Positions 55,801 to 64,000 of a DNA stretch of 64,000 nucleotides are shown here, in pieces. The stretch covers positions 175,788 to 239,787 of the forward strand of contig DJJA01000003.1 of NCBI GenBank assembly GCA_002433895.1. Direction: 5' to 3'. The first letter of the stretch is position 1. Each line of letters begins with the position of its first letter. The position numbers and the translations under genes were made by a program. The notes beneath the pieces were generated by a model, which had not been told where the DNA came from, did no database searches, and worked only from the letters and a program-made list of their open reading frames with translations. Origin of the DNA: Candidatus Gottesmanbacteria bacterium UBA6580 (GTDB lineage: Bacteria; Patescibacteriota; Microgenomatia; UBA10105; UBA927).

Positions 55801-57201
55801 ATGAATGGATTAGCGAGTGAGTTGGCGTCCGAAAAAAAACATAATGTATTGGTCTACATCTTTAATATGTCGGAAGATGTATGGCCGTTTATTTGCGCCA
55901 TGTCAGACGCAAATGCAAAAAGCGCGGAGATAGTCGAGAATGGCTACCTGGGAGACTCACGGATGTTTCAGTTTGCTGGAGAAAAAGACGAAGTCCTCTA
56001 TATCACTCCTCAGGCAGTAAGTGCGCAATTTTTGGATTATTTCCATACGCTGTTTCCCGATACGCATCTTACGGTTGTTACCACAGGGCAACACAGCGGA
56101 GTAATATGTGAAGACATTCAGCATGATCCGTCCATAATGAATGTGCTCATTGAAGCGGCAAATTCCACAAAAAAATTGACGATGACGAGTTATAGCGCCA
56201 GTCAGCCGTTTTTACACCTTGTTCGCGCGTTGCGGGACCGAGGACTGACGATCGCAACCCCGGAGGCGCCGGACGAAGAAGACGCGTGGACGGTGAATTT
56301 TTTCGGGAGTAAATCCGGTATCCGGCAACTGGCGCAGCAAAGCGGACACGAAGAACCGGATTTTAAAATGGCAGATGGCGTGATTTGTTTCGGTATAGAA
56401 GACGCATCAAAAATAGCGGCAATTAGATACGTGAAAGAACAAGGAGTAGTTATCAAAACAAACAAGGGTCACTCCGGAATGGGAGTTGAGATTTTTAGAC
56501 CCGGCGATTTGCCAACGGAGTTTAACGAGTGCCAGAAGAAAATTTTTGACATGCTGAACAAAGACGCGTATTGGCAGCAGTTTCCGATCATTATAGAGAA
56601 ACTTATTCCGGTCAGTATGAGTGTAGCAGGAGGAAATCCGAATGTGGAATTTAAAATTTCCCGTAATGGTCATATAGATTTTTTGTATCAATGTGGAGTG
56701 TTGGTCGATAAAGACGGCGCGTTTCATGGTATAGAGGTGGGGCACGATATTATGCCGGAACGGGTAGCAGCACAAATCAAAGATACAGGGTTTTATATAG
56801 CAGAACGGTTTGCTGCCGCGGGATATCGAGGATATTTTGACGTGGATTGTGTGGCAGGAAGAAACGGCGAAGTATATGTTGCTGAGAGTAACGTGCGGAG
56901 CACGGGCGGAACGTTTGTCTACATGACCGCCGTCGCGTTGTTTGGTGAAAATTTTATGTTTGACACATATCTTTTTTCAAACAACGGATACATGATACCG
57001 CATCTCAAGCATATGACATTCCCTAAATTGCTGGAGCGTCTGTCACCCATACTGTTTAGTAAAGAAACCAAAGAAGGACTAGTACTCACATCGGAAAATC
57101 TGTTGCGTATGCAGAAATTCTCTTTTATTATTTTTGCCAAGACCAAAAAGCGCTCCATGGAAATTGAAGCCCGCATGATAGAGCTCCTCAACAGACAGTA
57201 A
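55801..57201 (+). CDS. ATP-grasp domain protein
   Basis: Glycine-rich loop VVIKTNKGHSGMGV. C-terminal E.N catalytic region (VAESNVRSTGG). Confidence 0.5.
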   Translation: MNGLASELASEKKHNVLVYIFNMSEDVWPFICAMSDANAKSAEIVENGYLGDSRMFQFAGEKDEVLYITPQAVSAQFLDYFHTLFPDTHLTVVTTGQHSGVICEDIQHDPSIMNVLIEAANSTKKLTMTSYSASQPFLHLVRALRDRGLTIATPEAPDEEDAWTVNFFGSKSGIRQLAQQSGHEEPDFKMADGVICFGIEDASKIAAIRYVKEQGVVIKTNKGHSGMGVEIFRPGDLPTEFNECQKKIFDMLNKDAYWQQFPIIIEKLIPVSMSVAGGNPNVEFKISRNGHIDFLYQCGVLVDKDGAFHGIEVGHDIMPERVAAQIKDTGFYIAERFAAAGYRGYFDVDCVAGRNGEVYVAESNVRSTGGTFVYMTAVALFGENFMFDTYLFSNNGYMIPHLKHMTFPKLLERLSPILFSKETKEGLVLTSENLLRMQKFSFIIFAKTKKRSMEIEARMIELLNRQ

Positions 57202-57242
57202 GTTCCATATTCATCATAATTGCAGTAAAATAAGCCTATCTC

Positions 57243-57327
57243 GGGTGTGTAGCTCAGTGGTACCTGCCCGCCATCGCAAGCATGAGCTTTTGCTCAGGCG
57301 TTGCAGGCGGGGAGCGCTATCCTTAAG
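57243..57327 (+). pseudogene. tRNA-Ile(TAT)-like 5' fragment with 49-nt insertion in the D-loop
   Basis: GGGTGTGTAGCTCAGTGGTA, then the insert cctgcccgcc...gcaggcggg, then GAGCGCTATCCTTAAG. No 3' half. Confidence 0.45.
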
Positions 57328-57337
57328 TTATGAATAC

Positions 57338-57373
57338 GGGTGTGTAGCTCAGTGGTAGAGCGCTATCCTTATA
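57338..57373 (+). other. 5' half of split tRNA-Ile(TAT) copy A (acceptor GGGTGTG) ending in the anticodon loop at position 37
   Basis: GGGTGTGTAGCTCAGTGGTAGAGCGCTATCCTTATA. It pairs with the 3' half at 57538-57576 (acceptor CACACCC-A-CCA). Confidence 0.55.
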
Positions 57374-57440
57374 GCGAAAACTAATATTATATTGTTGTTT
57401 TCGATATATCGGGTACGAACATTGATAAGTGGGCACAAAG

Positions 57441-57512
57441 GGGCCAGTAGCTCAGTGGCAGAGCGCTATCCTTATAAGATAGATGTCCTTGGTCCGATCC
57501 CAAGCTGGCCCA
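57441..57512 (+). tRNA. tRNA-Ile (anticodon TAT; AUA-decoding), intact copy B nested between the halves of copy A
   Basis: Acceptor GGGCCAG/CTGGCCC, D-arm GCTC-AGTGGCA-GAGC, anticodon stem CTATC/GATAG with loop CTTATAA, T-arm CTTGG-TCCGATC-CCAAG, discriminator A. It is flanked by a 10-bp inverted repeat: cgggtacgaa at 57411-57419 and ttcgtacccg at 57523-57532. Confidence 0.7.
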
Positions 57513-57537
57513 CTAGCATAATTTCGTACCCGCTATA

Positions 57538-57576
57538 AGATAGATGTCCTTGGTCCGATCCCAAGCACACCCACCA
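57538..57576 (+). other. 3' half of split tRNA-Ile(TAT) copy A, with encoded CCA
   Basis: AGATAGATGTCCTTGGTCCGATCCCAAGCACACCCACCA. CACACCC complements GGGTGTG of 57338-57344. Confidence 0.55.
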
Positions 57577-57595
57577 AAAATTACAACGTGACTGT

Positions 57596-57626
57596 TCTAA
57601 GGCAGATGTCTCTGGTCTGACCTAAA
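57596..57626 (+). pseudogene. Degenerate tRNA 3'-half-like fragment
   Basis: ctaaggcagatgtctctggtctgacctaaag compared with taagatagatgtccttggtccgatcccaag. Confidence 0.35.
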
Positions 57627-57637
57627 GTGTACTTACT

Positions 57638-58129
57638 ATGAAAACCGTATCAATAGAAGAAATTGAAACGATCGCAACAAAGTTAGCGCAGGAAAAAAAA
57701 CACTGGCATTATCATCTTTTGACTCCGACGTGCCAATTTAATGAAACAAATCGTCACGCCTTCGTTCTGGAGAATAATTCCGATCAAGAATATTACGTCT
57801 ATTATTCCGAAGAACCGGCGATGGCTTTAGGAAAGCGGTTACTGAGTGTTTTGCATGGGGAAGATATCCTTACCACAGCTGCTGATGTGGTGTCACCCGC
57901 CGTCGCAAAGATATTACGTAAAGCCCAACAGCTAAACACTGCCGGAAAATTCTGGCACCATCATGTCTTTTTTCCAACATGCAGATATAACCGTCATCCC
58001 GGAAAGTGGAATATCATTTTTGAAGATCAGCAGGAAAAGGGAGTGTTGGAAAGCTTGAGTGATAGTAATCCAAAACAAGATCAGAAGGAAATCGAACGGC
58101 TTTATTATCAGCAGAAAACGCTTACATAA
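57638..58129 (+). CDS. Hypothetical protein with internally duplicated HWHxH...PTC motif
   Basis: KKHWHYHLLTPTCQFNETNRHAFVLEN and GKFWHHHVFFPTCRYNRHPGKWNIIFED are two homologous half-domains, possibly metal-binding. Confidence 0.4.
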   Translation: MKTVSIEEIETIATKLAQEKKHWHYHLLTPTCQFNETNRHAFVLENNSDQEYYVYYSEEPAMALGKRLLSVLHGEDILTTAADVVSPAVAKILRKAQQLNTAGKFWHHHVFFPTCRYNRHPGKWNIIFEDQQEKGVLESLSDSNPKQDQKEIERLYYQQKTLT

Positions 58130-58134
58130 TTTTT

Positions 58135-58671
58135 TTGAAACATATGCAAGAACAGGTTGTCCTGGTTGATGAGCAAAATAATCCGATAGGAACAGCGGAT
58201 AAAGATACGGTGCACACGACTGCTACACCGCTCCATCGGGCGTTTTCTCTTTTTTTGTTTAATTCCAGGGGGCAGGTGCTGTTGACCAAGCGTGCGGCAA
58301 CAAAAAAAACTTTTCCCGGCGTGTGGACAAATACCGTATGCGGACACTTGTCTCCCGATGAAGACACCGTGAGCGCGGCAACGCGAAGGCTTTCAGAAGA
58401 ACTTGGCATTACAGGGGTCACGGTAAAAGAAGTAGCTCCCTATCGTTACCGGTTTGCCGACCGAAACGGTATCGTGGAAAATGAAATTTGTCCGATCACC
58501 GTAGCGACCTATGACGGTGACCCGCTTCCTCATAAAGATGAAGTAGATGAATGGAAGTGGGTGGATTGGAAAGTTTTTTTACAAGATATCCGCGATAACC
58601 CAGAGCCTTACTCACCATGGAGCAGGGAAGAGGCAGCAATTCTTACGACGAAACTTCCACTGAAAGGTTAG
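58135..58671 (+). CDS. idi: Isopentenyl-diphosphate delta-isomerase, type 1 (Nudix fold)
   Basis: LHRAFSLFLFNSRGQVLLTKRAATKKTFPGVWTNTVCGHLSPDE matches the IDI-1 WTNTCCSHP region, and a Nudix-like E-rich segment is present. Confidence 0.7.
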   Translation: MKHMQEQVVLVDEQNNPIGTADKDTVHTTATPLHRAFSLFLFNSRGQVLLTKRAATKKTFPGVWTNTVCGHLSPDEDTVSAATRRLSEELGITGVTVKEVAPYRYRFADRNGIVENEICPITVATYDGDPLPHKDEVDEWKWVDWKVFLQDIRDNPEPYSPWSREEAAILTTKLPLKG

Positions 58672-59710
58672 GTGAGGCAATAATGCTGCCCCAGTGTTCC
58701 GGAGTTCCCTGGAAATACGCGTACGCCCCAATATAGACTGCATTATCCGTGCACAGCGAAACCGGTGGCACGTGAAGTGAGATGTGTTCGTTTGTGAGTG
58801 CTTCCTGAAATTTTTCGCGAAGCCTTAGGTTAGCAGATACACCTCCGGAAAGAAGTATGGATTGTGCGTTGTGTTTTTGTGCCGCATGAAGTGTTTTTTT
58901 GACCAGTACATCAGTGATCGTTTCCTGTACTTCATGTGACATATAGCGGATCGTTTCCTCGGTAAGCCGGTTGTTTGTTTTACATGTATTTACTTCACGG
59001 AGAATGGCAGTTTTTAGTCCGCTGAAAGAAAAATTAAATTCATTGTCATGATCAAGCATGGGCCGGGGTAGCCGTATAGGATCGGCAAGCGCATCTGCCT
59101 GTTGGAATTTTTTGGCTGCTTCCTGAATACTGACGCCACCACCGTGACCAAATCCTAATAACCGCGCGGTTTTATCAAAACATTCGCCTGCGGCATCGTC
59201 CAGTGTGCCACCTAACCAGGTGAGGGTGTTGGGCGACTGCATGAGATAGAGCTCTGTGTGACCGCCGGAAACGACCAGTGAAATCGCCGGGAATTGTATT
59301 TCGTTACTTTGTTTCGTAACAACGAAGTTGGCATACATATGTGCCAGCACGTGGTTTACCGGGATGATCGGTTTACCTGTAACCATGGCAATTGTTTTTG
59401 CGGTTTCTACCCCTACCAGCAGGCTGCCGATAAGTCCCGGGCCAACGGCGATGGCAATGGTATCAATGTTGTCATTAATCATGCGCAGCAGCGAAGGTTT
59501 TTCTCCGCCATAAAATGGCGCGAGCGCTTCGGTAATAACCGGGATAATGTAGTCTAGCTGCATCCGGGCGGCTACCTCAGGGACGATGCCGCCGTATTTT
59601 TCGTGCATTTCTTTTGATGTTGAGACAACATTTGAAATTATTGTCGTGCCGTTTTCTATGACCGCCGCGGCGGTTTCATCACAAGATGATTCAATAGCGA
59701 GAGTTCTCAT
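58643..59710 (-). CDS. tsaD: tRNA N6-adenosine threonylcarbamoyltransferase TsaD (Kae1/Gcp)
   Basis: MRTLAIESSCDETAAAVIENG... and metal-binding HxxxH (NHVLAHMYANF). 355 aa. Confidence 0.9.
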   Translation of the reverse strand: MRTLAIESSCDETAAAVIENGTTIISNVVSTSKEMHEKYGGIVPEVAARMQLDYIIPVITEALAPFYGGEKPSLLRMINDNIDTIAIAVGPGLIGSLLVGVETAKTIAMVTGKPIIPVNHVLAHMYANFVVTKQSNEIQFPAISLVVSGGHTELYLMQSPNTLTWLGGTLDDAAGECFDKTARLLGFGHGGGVSIQEAAKKFQQADALADPIRLPRPMLDHDNEFNFSFSGLKTAILREVNTCKTNNRLTEETIRYMSHEVQETITDVLVKKTLHAAQKHNAQSILLSGGVSANLRLREKFQEALTNEHISLHVPPVSLCTDNAVYIGAYAYFQGTPEHWGSIIASPNLSVEVSS

Positions 59711-59777
59711 GCGTCCATTTTACTACAATCGGTTTACACGGCTGTAGTAAACGACAAGAGGTTAAGGCGATTGCAGA

Positions 59778-60194
59778 TTATTCGAGGCCGAGAAGTTTGG
59801 TAAGTTGCGTGGTAGATGGCGTATGGATTTTCGGGATAACAATGACGACCGCTCCGACAAGCGCTGCGTGATTGCGCTTTTTATTTTCCATAGCATCGCC
59901 CTCGGTGATGGCGATAATCGCGGGGCTGACTGTTTTAACCAGCGCGCCGTATTCAGCATCTGTTTTTAGTGGGGGGAGTGAAATCACCTCATCGACAACT
60001 CTGAGGGATTCGAGCATTGCCCTGCGTTGCTTTTGTGAGTGAATTGGCCTTGTTTCACCTTTCATGCGCTTCACGTTTTCATCTGACTCCAGGGCAACAA
60101 CGAGGTAGTCACCTAGTTTTTTGGATTCCTCCAAAAATATAATGTGCCCAAAGTGAAGCAAATCAAAGCAGCCGCCCACCAATACTTTTTTCAT
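59778..60194 (-). CDS. Cytidylyltransferase-like nucleotidyltransferase (TagD/RibL-like)
   Basis: The motif MKKVLVGGCFDLLHFGHIIFLEESKKLGDYLVVALESDE is the (H/T)xGH signature. Confidence 0.65.
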   Translation of the reverse strand: MKKVLVGGCFDLLHFGHIIFLEESKKLGDYLVVALESDENVKRMKGETRPIHSQKQRRAMLESLRVVDEVISLPPLKTDAEYGALVKTVSPAIIAITEGDAMENKKRNHAALVGAVVIVIPKIHTPSTTQLTKLLGLE

Positions 60195-60195
60195 A

Positions 60196-61623
60196 TTATT
60201 GCGTCGCTACTCCCCGCAGATACACTGCCTGCCAGGGACGGAAGTTAGAGGTAAATTTGGTGTCCTGCAGCACTTCATTACCGCGGGTTACCCGGTAACC
60301 AAATGAAGCTTTTGCCCCTGCTGCCGCCCAGTCAACCTGTTTGACAACACCAGCGGGAAGCGTGGGATCGTCCTGGTATAGAGGGGCAGGTGCGGCTGTC
60401 TGTCCCCACACAATATGGTCGTAAATCTCACTGCTTCTGCCATCATGGGTGCCGTAGAGCTCAAACGTAAGTGTGAGGTTTTTGGTATCGGTGGTTGTCT
60501 GGATAAGGATATGTGCCGGCGTGTCATTTTTAATTTTAAGATCAACACTTGGGGAAAATACCGTCGCGTCCAGTCCGGGTTTGAATCCGCCTTCTTCGTA
60601 GTAATGGACTCGGTACGCGTGTGCTTGACGTTCGACGATGGGGAGGCCTGCATGTAATGCGGCGCGGAACATTGTGGAGCTTACCTGGCAGACACCGCCG
60701 CCATCTCCCAAAACGGTACGCCCATCCTTAATAATATATGCGGATTGGTAGCCGGTGGCTGCGGATATATCACCTATCGCATCATTAAATGAAAATGTTT
60801 CCCCTGGGGGTATAAGTACGCCATTGATACGGGACGCGGCAAGCGCCACATTGTGGATTCGCCCTGGTATCGAGCCCTGGAATTCCGAATACCCGCGGCC
60901 GATAAGTTCTTTTATGCCGAATGAGTTTACTTTTCCTGTGGTCGCTTCCGGTTCTATGACATAGACGGGGAGACTGATGACGATGTGATAGAGCGGCGCG
61001 TGGGGAAGCGCTTTAACCGCGGCTTCAAACCTGGTGAATGCTTCCTGCTGGTTGACTTGTAATCCATTTTTGGACGCCCTGAACGCGGTGACGCGGCCGT
61101 TTGTGAATTTGAACAATGCTTCTTGTACGGGGATATCGATGCGTGATGCAAGATGTGTTACAGCTTCGGTGACGAGGTCGGTTTTCCACCGGAAGTAGGG
61201 GGTGAGCGTGACGGTTCCACGGAAAAATTTCGTCATTAGGTCACCCAGAAAATCCCCTGACCTTCCTACCGCATATGCCTGGGCAGCCGACAGCGTTGCG
61301 TCGTAGCCTAAATCAAGCGCTTTTCCGGAAACACTCGCCGATTCCCCTTCGTATTTGAATTCAAAAACAGCATTGGCAAATGGTATGTTTTGGCGGCTCC
61401 AGTATGCTTCGACATCCGCGGGCGTTTTCCCGCCGAATGGAATTCCGTCTATGGTGACGTTGGGATACACTTTTCCTTCATAGTACGCATCATACGCAGA
61501 AAGTCCGATGGCTCCGGATATGAGTAATAGCACGAAACCTACCGCGATGTTGCGGAGGGTGGAAAATGACGGTTTTGGTGCCGATGGACTTACCGAGGGA
61601 TTATCTCTCATGTTATGATACAT
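60196..61623 (-). CDS. VanW-family protein with N-terminal TM
   Basis: The VanW domain signature GGGVCQVSSTMFRAALHAGLPIVER is present. 475 aa. Confidence 0.7.
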   Translation of the reverse strand: MYHNMRDNPSVSPSAPKPSFSTLRNIAVGFVLLLISGAIGLSAYDAYYEGKVYPNVTIDGIPFGGKTPADVEAYWSRQNIPFANAVFEFKYEGESASVSGKALDLGYDATLSAAQAYAVGRSGDFLGDLMTKFFRGTVTLTPYFRWKTDLVTEAVTHLASRIDIPVQEALFKFTNGRVTAFRASKNGLQVNQQEAFTRFEAAVKALPHAPLYHIVISLPVYVIEPEATTGKVNSFGIKELIGRGYSEFQGSIPGRIHNVALAASRINGVLIPPGETFSFNDAIGDISAATGYQSAYIIKDGRTVLGDGGGVCQVSSTMFRAALHAGLPIVERQAHAYRVHYYEEGGFKPGLDATVFSPSVDLKIKNDTPAHILIQTTTDTKNLTLTFELYGTHDGRSSEIYDHIVWGQTAAPAPLYQDDPTLPAGVVKQVDWAAAGAKASFGYRVTRGNEVLQDTKFTSNFRPWQAVYLRGVATQ

Positions 61624-61639
61624 TGTACCCTACATTACT

Positions 61640-63196
61640 ATGGTTTCCCAAGACCCATCACCACCTGAAACACCAAGTGCTCCGTCTACTGGAGGCATAG
61701 GCATGGCAGAGCCCATATATCAGGCGCCGGTGACACCACCAGATACAATTGTCGTTCCGCCGGTAGATAAAGCAGGACCCGCGGAGACAAATCCCGAAGC
61801 GTCATTTCAAAATCCGTTTATCCCCAACGTGCAGGTGCCCACTACTGACGGAGCGCCACCATCCGGATCATCAAAGAAACCGTTATTGCGGATATTCTTT
61901 CTTATAGCAGGCTTGTTTATCCTTGGGATATTGGGATGGTTTATATGGGGGCGGGTGAGTGGAGGCGGTGTTACCCCTACCAAAGAAGTGACGCTGAATT
62001 ACTGGGGTTTATGGGAAAACGATGCGGTAACGCGCCAGTTCATTACCGAATATGAAAGTACGCATCCCGGGGTCAAGATACAATACACCCAACAATCACC
62101 GAAGCAGTACCGTGAGCGGTTGCAGTCAGCTATAAACCGCGGGGAGGGGCCGGATATATTCCGTTTCCATAATACGTGGATTCCGATGCTGCGCAGCCAG
62201 CTGGCATTAGTTCCTCCCGCCATAATGGCGCCGGCAGAATTTACCACGGCGTTTTTCCCGGTGGCGAGTAACGATCTGGTGGCGGGTACATCTATATTTG
62301 GATTACCGCTTATGATGGACGGTTTGGGTTTGTATATAAATGATGCGCTGTTTGCAACCGCGGGTGTGACAGAGCCAACAACCTGGACCGACGTCATTAA
62401 TCTCATTCCCAAGCTGACGGTGAAAAACGGCACAGCAATTGTGACCTCGGCGATCGCGTTGGGAACTACCAACAATGTGGAACACTTCAGCGACATCTTG
62501 GCGCTTATGTTTTTGCAAAACGGTGCGTCTATCGCAAATCCGGTAGGCAAAGAAGCAGAAGGAACACTTATCTTCTACCGGAAATTTTCGGATACATCCG
62601 ATCCGCTTTATACCTGGAGCGACGGGATGGATAATTCTATTTCCGCGTTTGCAAACGGTAGAGTCGCGATGATATTGGCTCCTTCCTGGCGGGCGCATGA
62701 AATTACACAGCTTAATCCGCAACTCCGGTTTCATATTGTGCCGGCACCGCAGTTGCAGGGCAACGCGGTAGCGTGGGCATCGTATTGGGTGGAAGGAGTA
62801 TCTTCACGGAGCCCCAATCAGGAAGCGGCATGGGAATTCGTAAAATACATGACGAGCGCGGAGGGTGCCACGAAGCTCTATACCGAAGCATCGAAGACCC
62901 GGCTATTTGGTGAGCCATACGCGCGGGTAGAGTTGGCAAACACCATCGCAGAAGATCCGTATTTGGGGGCGTTTGTGAAGCAGGCGGTATACGCGCGGTC
63001 GTTTCCCATGGCATCACGCACTTACGATAACGGCCTTAACGATAAACTTATCCAGTATGCTACCGATGCGGTAAACGGTATGGTGACCGGCGGATCCCCG
63101 ACGCAGGTATTAACAACTATGGCCGCCGGGTTCCGGCAAGTGTTGTCTTCGTATGGATTAACGAGTGGTGAACCGGAAATCAGTCCTGCCCCGTAA
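61640..63196 (+). CDS. ABC transporter extracellular solute-binding protein (family 1), with Pro-rich N-terminal region and TM anchor
   Basis: SBP_bac_1-like sequence (LNYWGLWENDAV..., GRVAMILAPSWRAHEI). Confidence 0.7.
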   Translation: MVSQDPSPPETPSAPSTGGIGMAEPIYQAPVTPPDTIVVPPVDKAGPAETNPEASFQNPFIPNVQVPTTDGAPPSGSSKKPLLRIFFLIAGLFILGILGWFIWGRVSGGGVTPTKEVTLNYWGLWENDAVTRQFITEYESTHPGVKIQYTQQSPKQYRERLQSAINRGEGPDIFRFHNTWIPMLRSQLALVPPAIMAPAEFTTAFFPVASNDLVAGTSIFGLPLMMDGLGLYINDALFATAGVTEPTTWTDVINLIPKLTVKNGTAIVTSAIALGTTNNVEHFSDILALMFLQNGASIANPVGKEAEGTLIFYRKFSDTSDPLYTWSDGMDNSISAFANGRVAMILAPSWRAHEITQLNPQLRFHIVPAPQLQGNAVAWASYWVEGVSSRSPNQEAAWEFVKYMTSAEGATKLYTEASKTRLFGEPYARVELANTIAEDPYLGAFVKQAVYARSFPMASRTYDNGLNDKLIQYATDAVNGMVTGGSPTQVLTTMAAGFRQVLSSYGLTSGEPEISPAP

Positions 63197-63208
63197 ACAC
63201 ACATAGGC

Positions 63209-64000
63209 ATGAAATTCACGCGCCTTCAAAAAGTTATCGCTACTGTGGCGTACGCGGATATTTTTGATTTTCCGTTGACGCGGGATGAAATAAAACGCTG
63301 GGCGGCCGGCGGCATTGATTACGTGCCTGCGGCACTTCCCGGTTTCGGTACCCCGAGTAAATCTATGGGGGAGTATGTATATTTACCCGGAAGAAAGCAG
63401 CTGGTGGCTTCCCGGCGTAGCCGCCAAAAAAGCGCGGTGGGCAAGTGGCAAAGGATACGTACCGCTGCCAGGTTTTTCCGGCTGGTGCCGACGGTGCTCC
63501 TTGTTGGGGTGACGGGGGGGCTTGCTATGGATAACGCCAAGGAAGGCGATGATATTGATTTGTTTTTTATCTCTCGGAAAAACACACTCTGGCTGACCAG
63601 GAGTCTGGTGACCTTGGTTGCAGAGGTTCTGGGGATACGCAGGCGGCCGGGTGACCGGCGGGTGAAAGACAAAATATGCCTCAATATGTTTATGGCAGAA
63701 GACGCGTTGTCGTTGCCTTTGGGTGAGCAGGATTTCTTTGCTGCGCACGAGGTGTTGCAGATGGTGCCGCTCTGGGAGCAGGAGGGGATTTATCAGCGCT
63801 TCCTGTTGGCGAACCGTTGGGTGCGTTATTTTCTTCCCAACGCGTGGAACGAAAAAACACATGGGCGTGCTGCCGGTAAGAAAACCAGGAAGAGGAGTAT
63901 ATTTTCGTGGATGAACTTGATGGCTGGCTTGCTGGAACCTATAGCATTTTTCATGCAGCAGGCATACATGCGTAAGCGGCGGACAAGTGAGGTAATAGTA
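63209..64000 (+). CDS. Pol-beta-superfamily nucleotidyltransferase-domain protein (partial; runs off window end)
   Basis: My own translation from the ATG at 63209 is open to the window end: MKFTRLQKVIATVAYADIFDFPLTRDEIKRW...VGVTGGLAMDNAKEGDDIDLFFISRK... It contains the G[SG]x9-13DxD NTase motif. It is not in the supplied ORF track because no stop falls within the window. Confidence 0.45.
   Translation, partial: MKFTRLQKVIATVAYADIFDFPLTRDEIKRWAAGGIDYVPAALPGFGTPSKSMGEYVYLPGRKQLVASRRSRQKSAVGKWQRIRTAARFFRLVPTVLLVGVTGGLAMDNAKEGDDIDLFFISRKNTLWLTRSLVTLVAEVLGIRRRPGDRRVKDKICLNMFMAEDALSLPLGEQDFFAAHEVLQMVPLWEQEGIYQRFLLANRWVRYFLPNAWNEKTHGRAAGKKTRKRSIFSWMNLMAGLLEPIAFFMQQAYMRKRRTSEVIV

Noticed and set aside
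1-64000. CRISPR array or rRNA genes
   Set aside because: No regularly spaced direct repeats of 24-48 bp were seen, and no 16S/23S/5S signatures.

Overview
This 64-kb window is a gene-dense bacterial chromosomal segment at about 48-50% GC. Most genes have strong Shine-Dalgarno sites. Recognisable housekeeping genes include murJ, two tandem class-A PBPs, sodA, an aldehyde dehydrogenase, nrdR-nrdJ-pduO, idi and tsaD. There are many secreted or membrane hypothetical proteins, which suggests a small-genome lineage; a Patescibacteria-like origin is my guess only. The most notable feature is a roughly 13.6-kb low-GC integrative island at about 14.2-27.85 kb. At its right edge sits a large serine recombinase whose last codons overlap the 3' end of a tRNA-Asn(GTT) gene. 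The island carries an excisionase-like HTH, an XRE repressor, DUF5659 and HTH_36 'mobile element' genes. Its cargo is a single tightly packed minus-strand operon: excisionase-like HTH, hsdR, hsdM, hsdS, then a CD-NTase/SMODS-like nucleotidyltransferase 1 nt after hsdS, then an overlapping 2-TM Cap15-like effector. I read this as a type I R-M system fused with a minimal CBASS-like pair. The island also holds a DUF6602-like PD-(D/E)xK nuclease, two small membrane proteins and an HTH gene of unknown role. Outside the island there are four other oddities. A GIY-YIG mini-cassette is bracketed by hairpin repeats that carry extra copies of the tRNA-Asn 5' end. A tRNA-Ile(UAU) locus has one copy split in the anticodon loop by an insert carrying a second intact tRNA-Ile(UAU), plus degenerate fragments. 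A cluster of three genes (two unique hypotheticals and a VirD4/TraG-like coupling ATPase) has no recognisable partners. A 640-bp region at 5364-6005 has no credible ORF. I found no CRISPR array and no rRNA.
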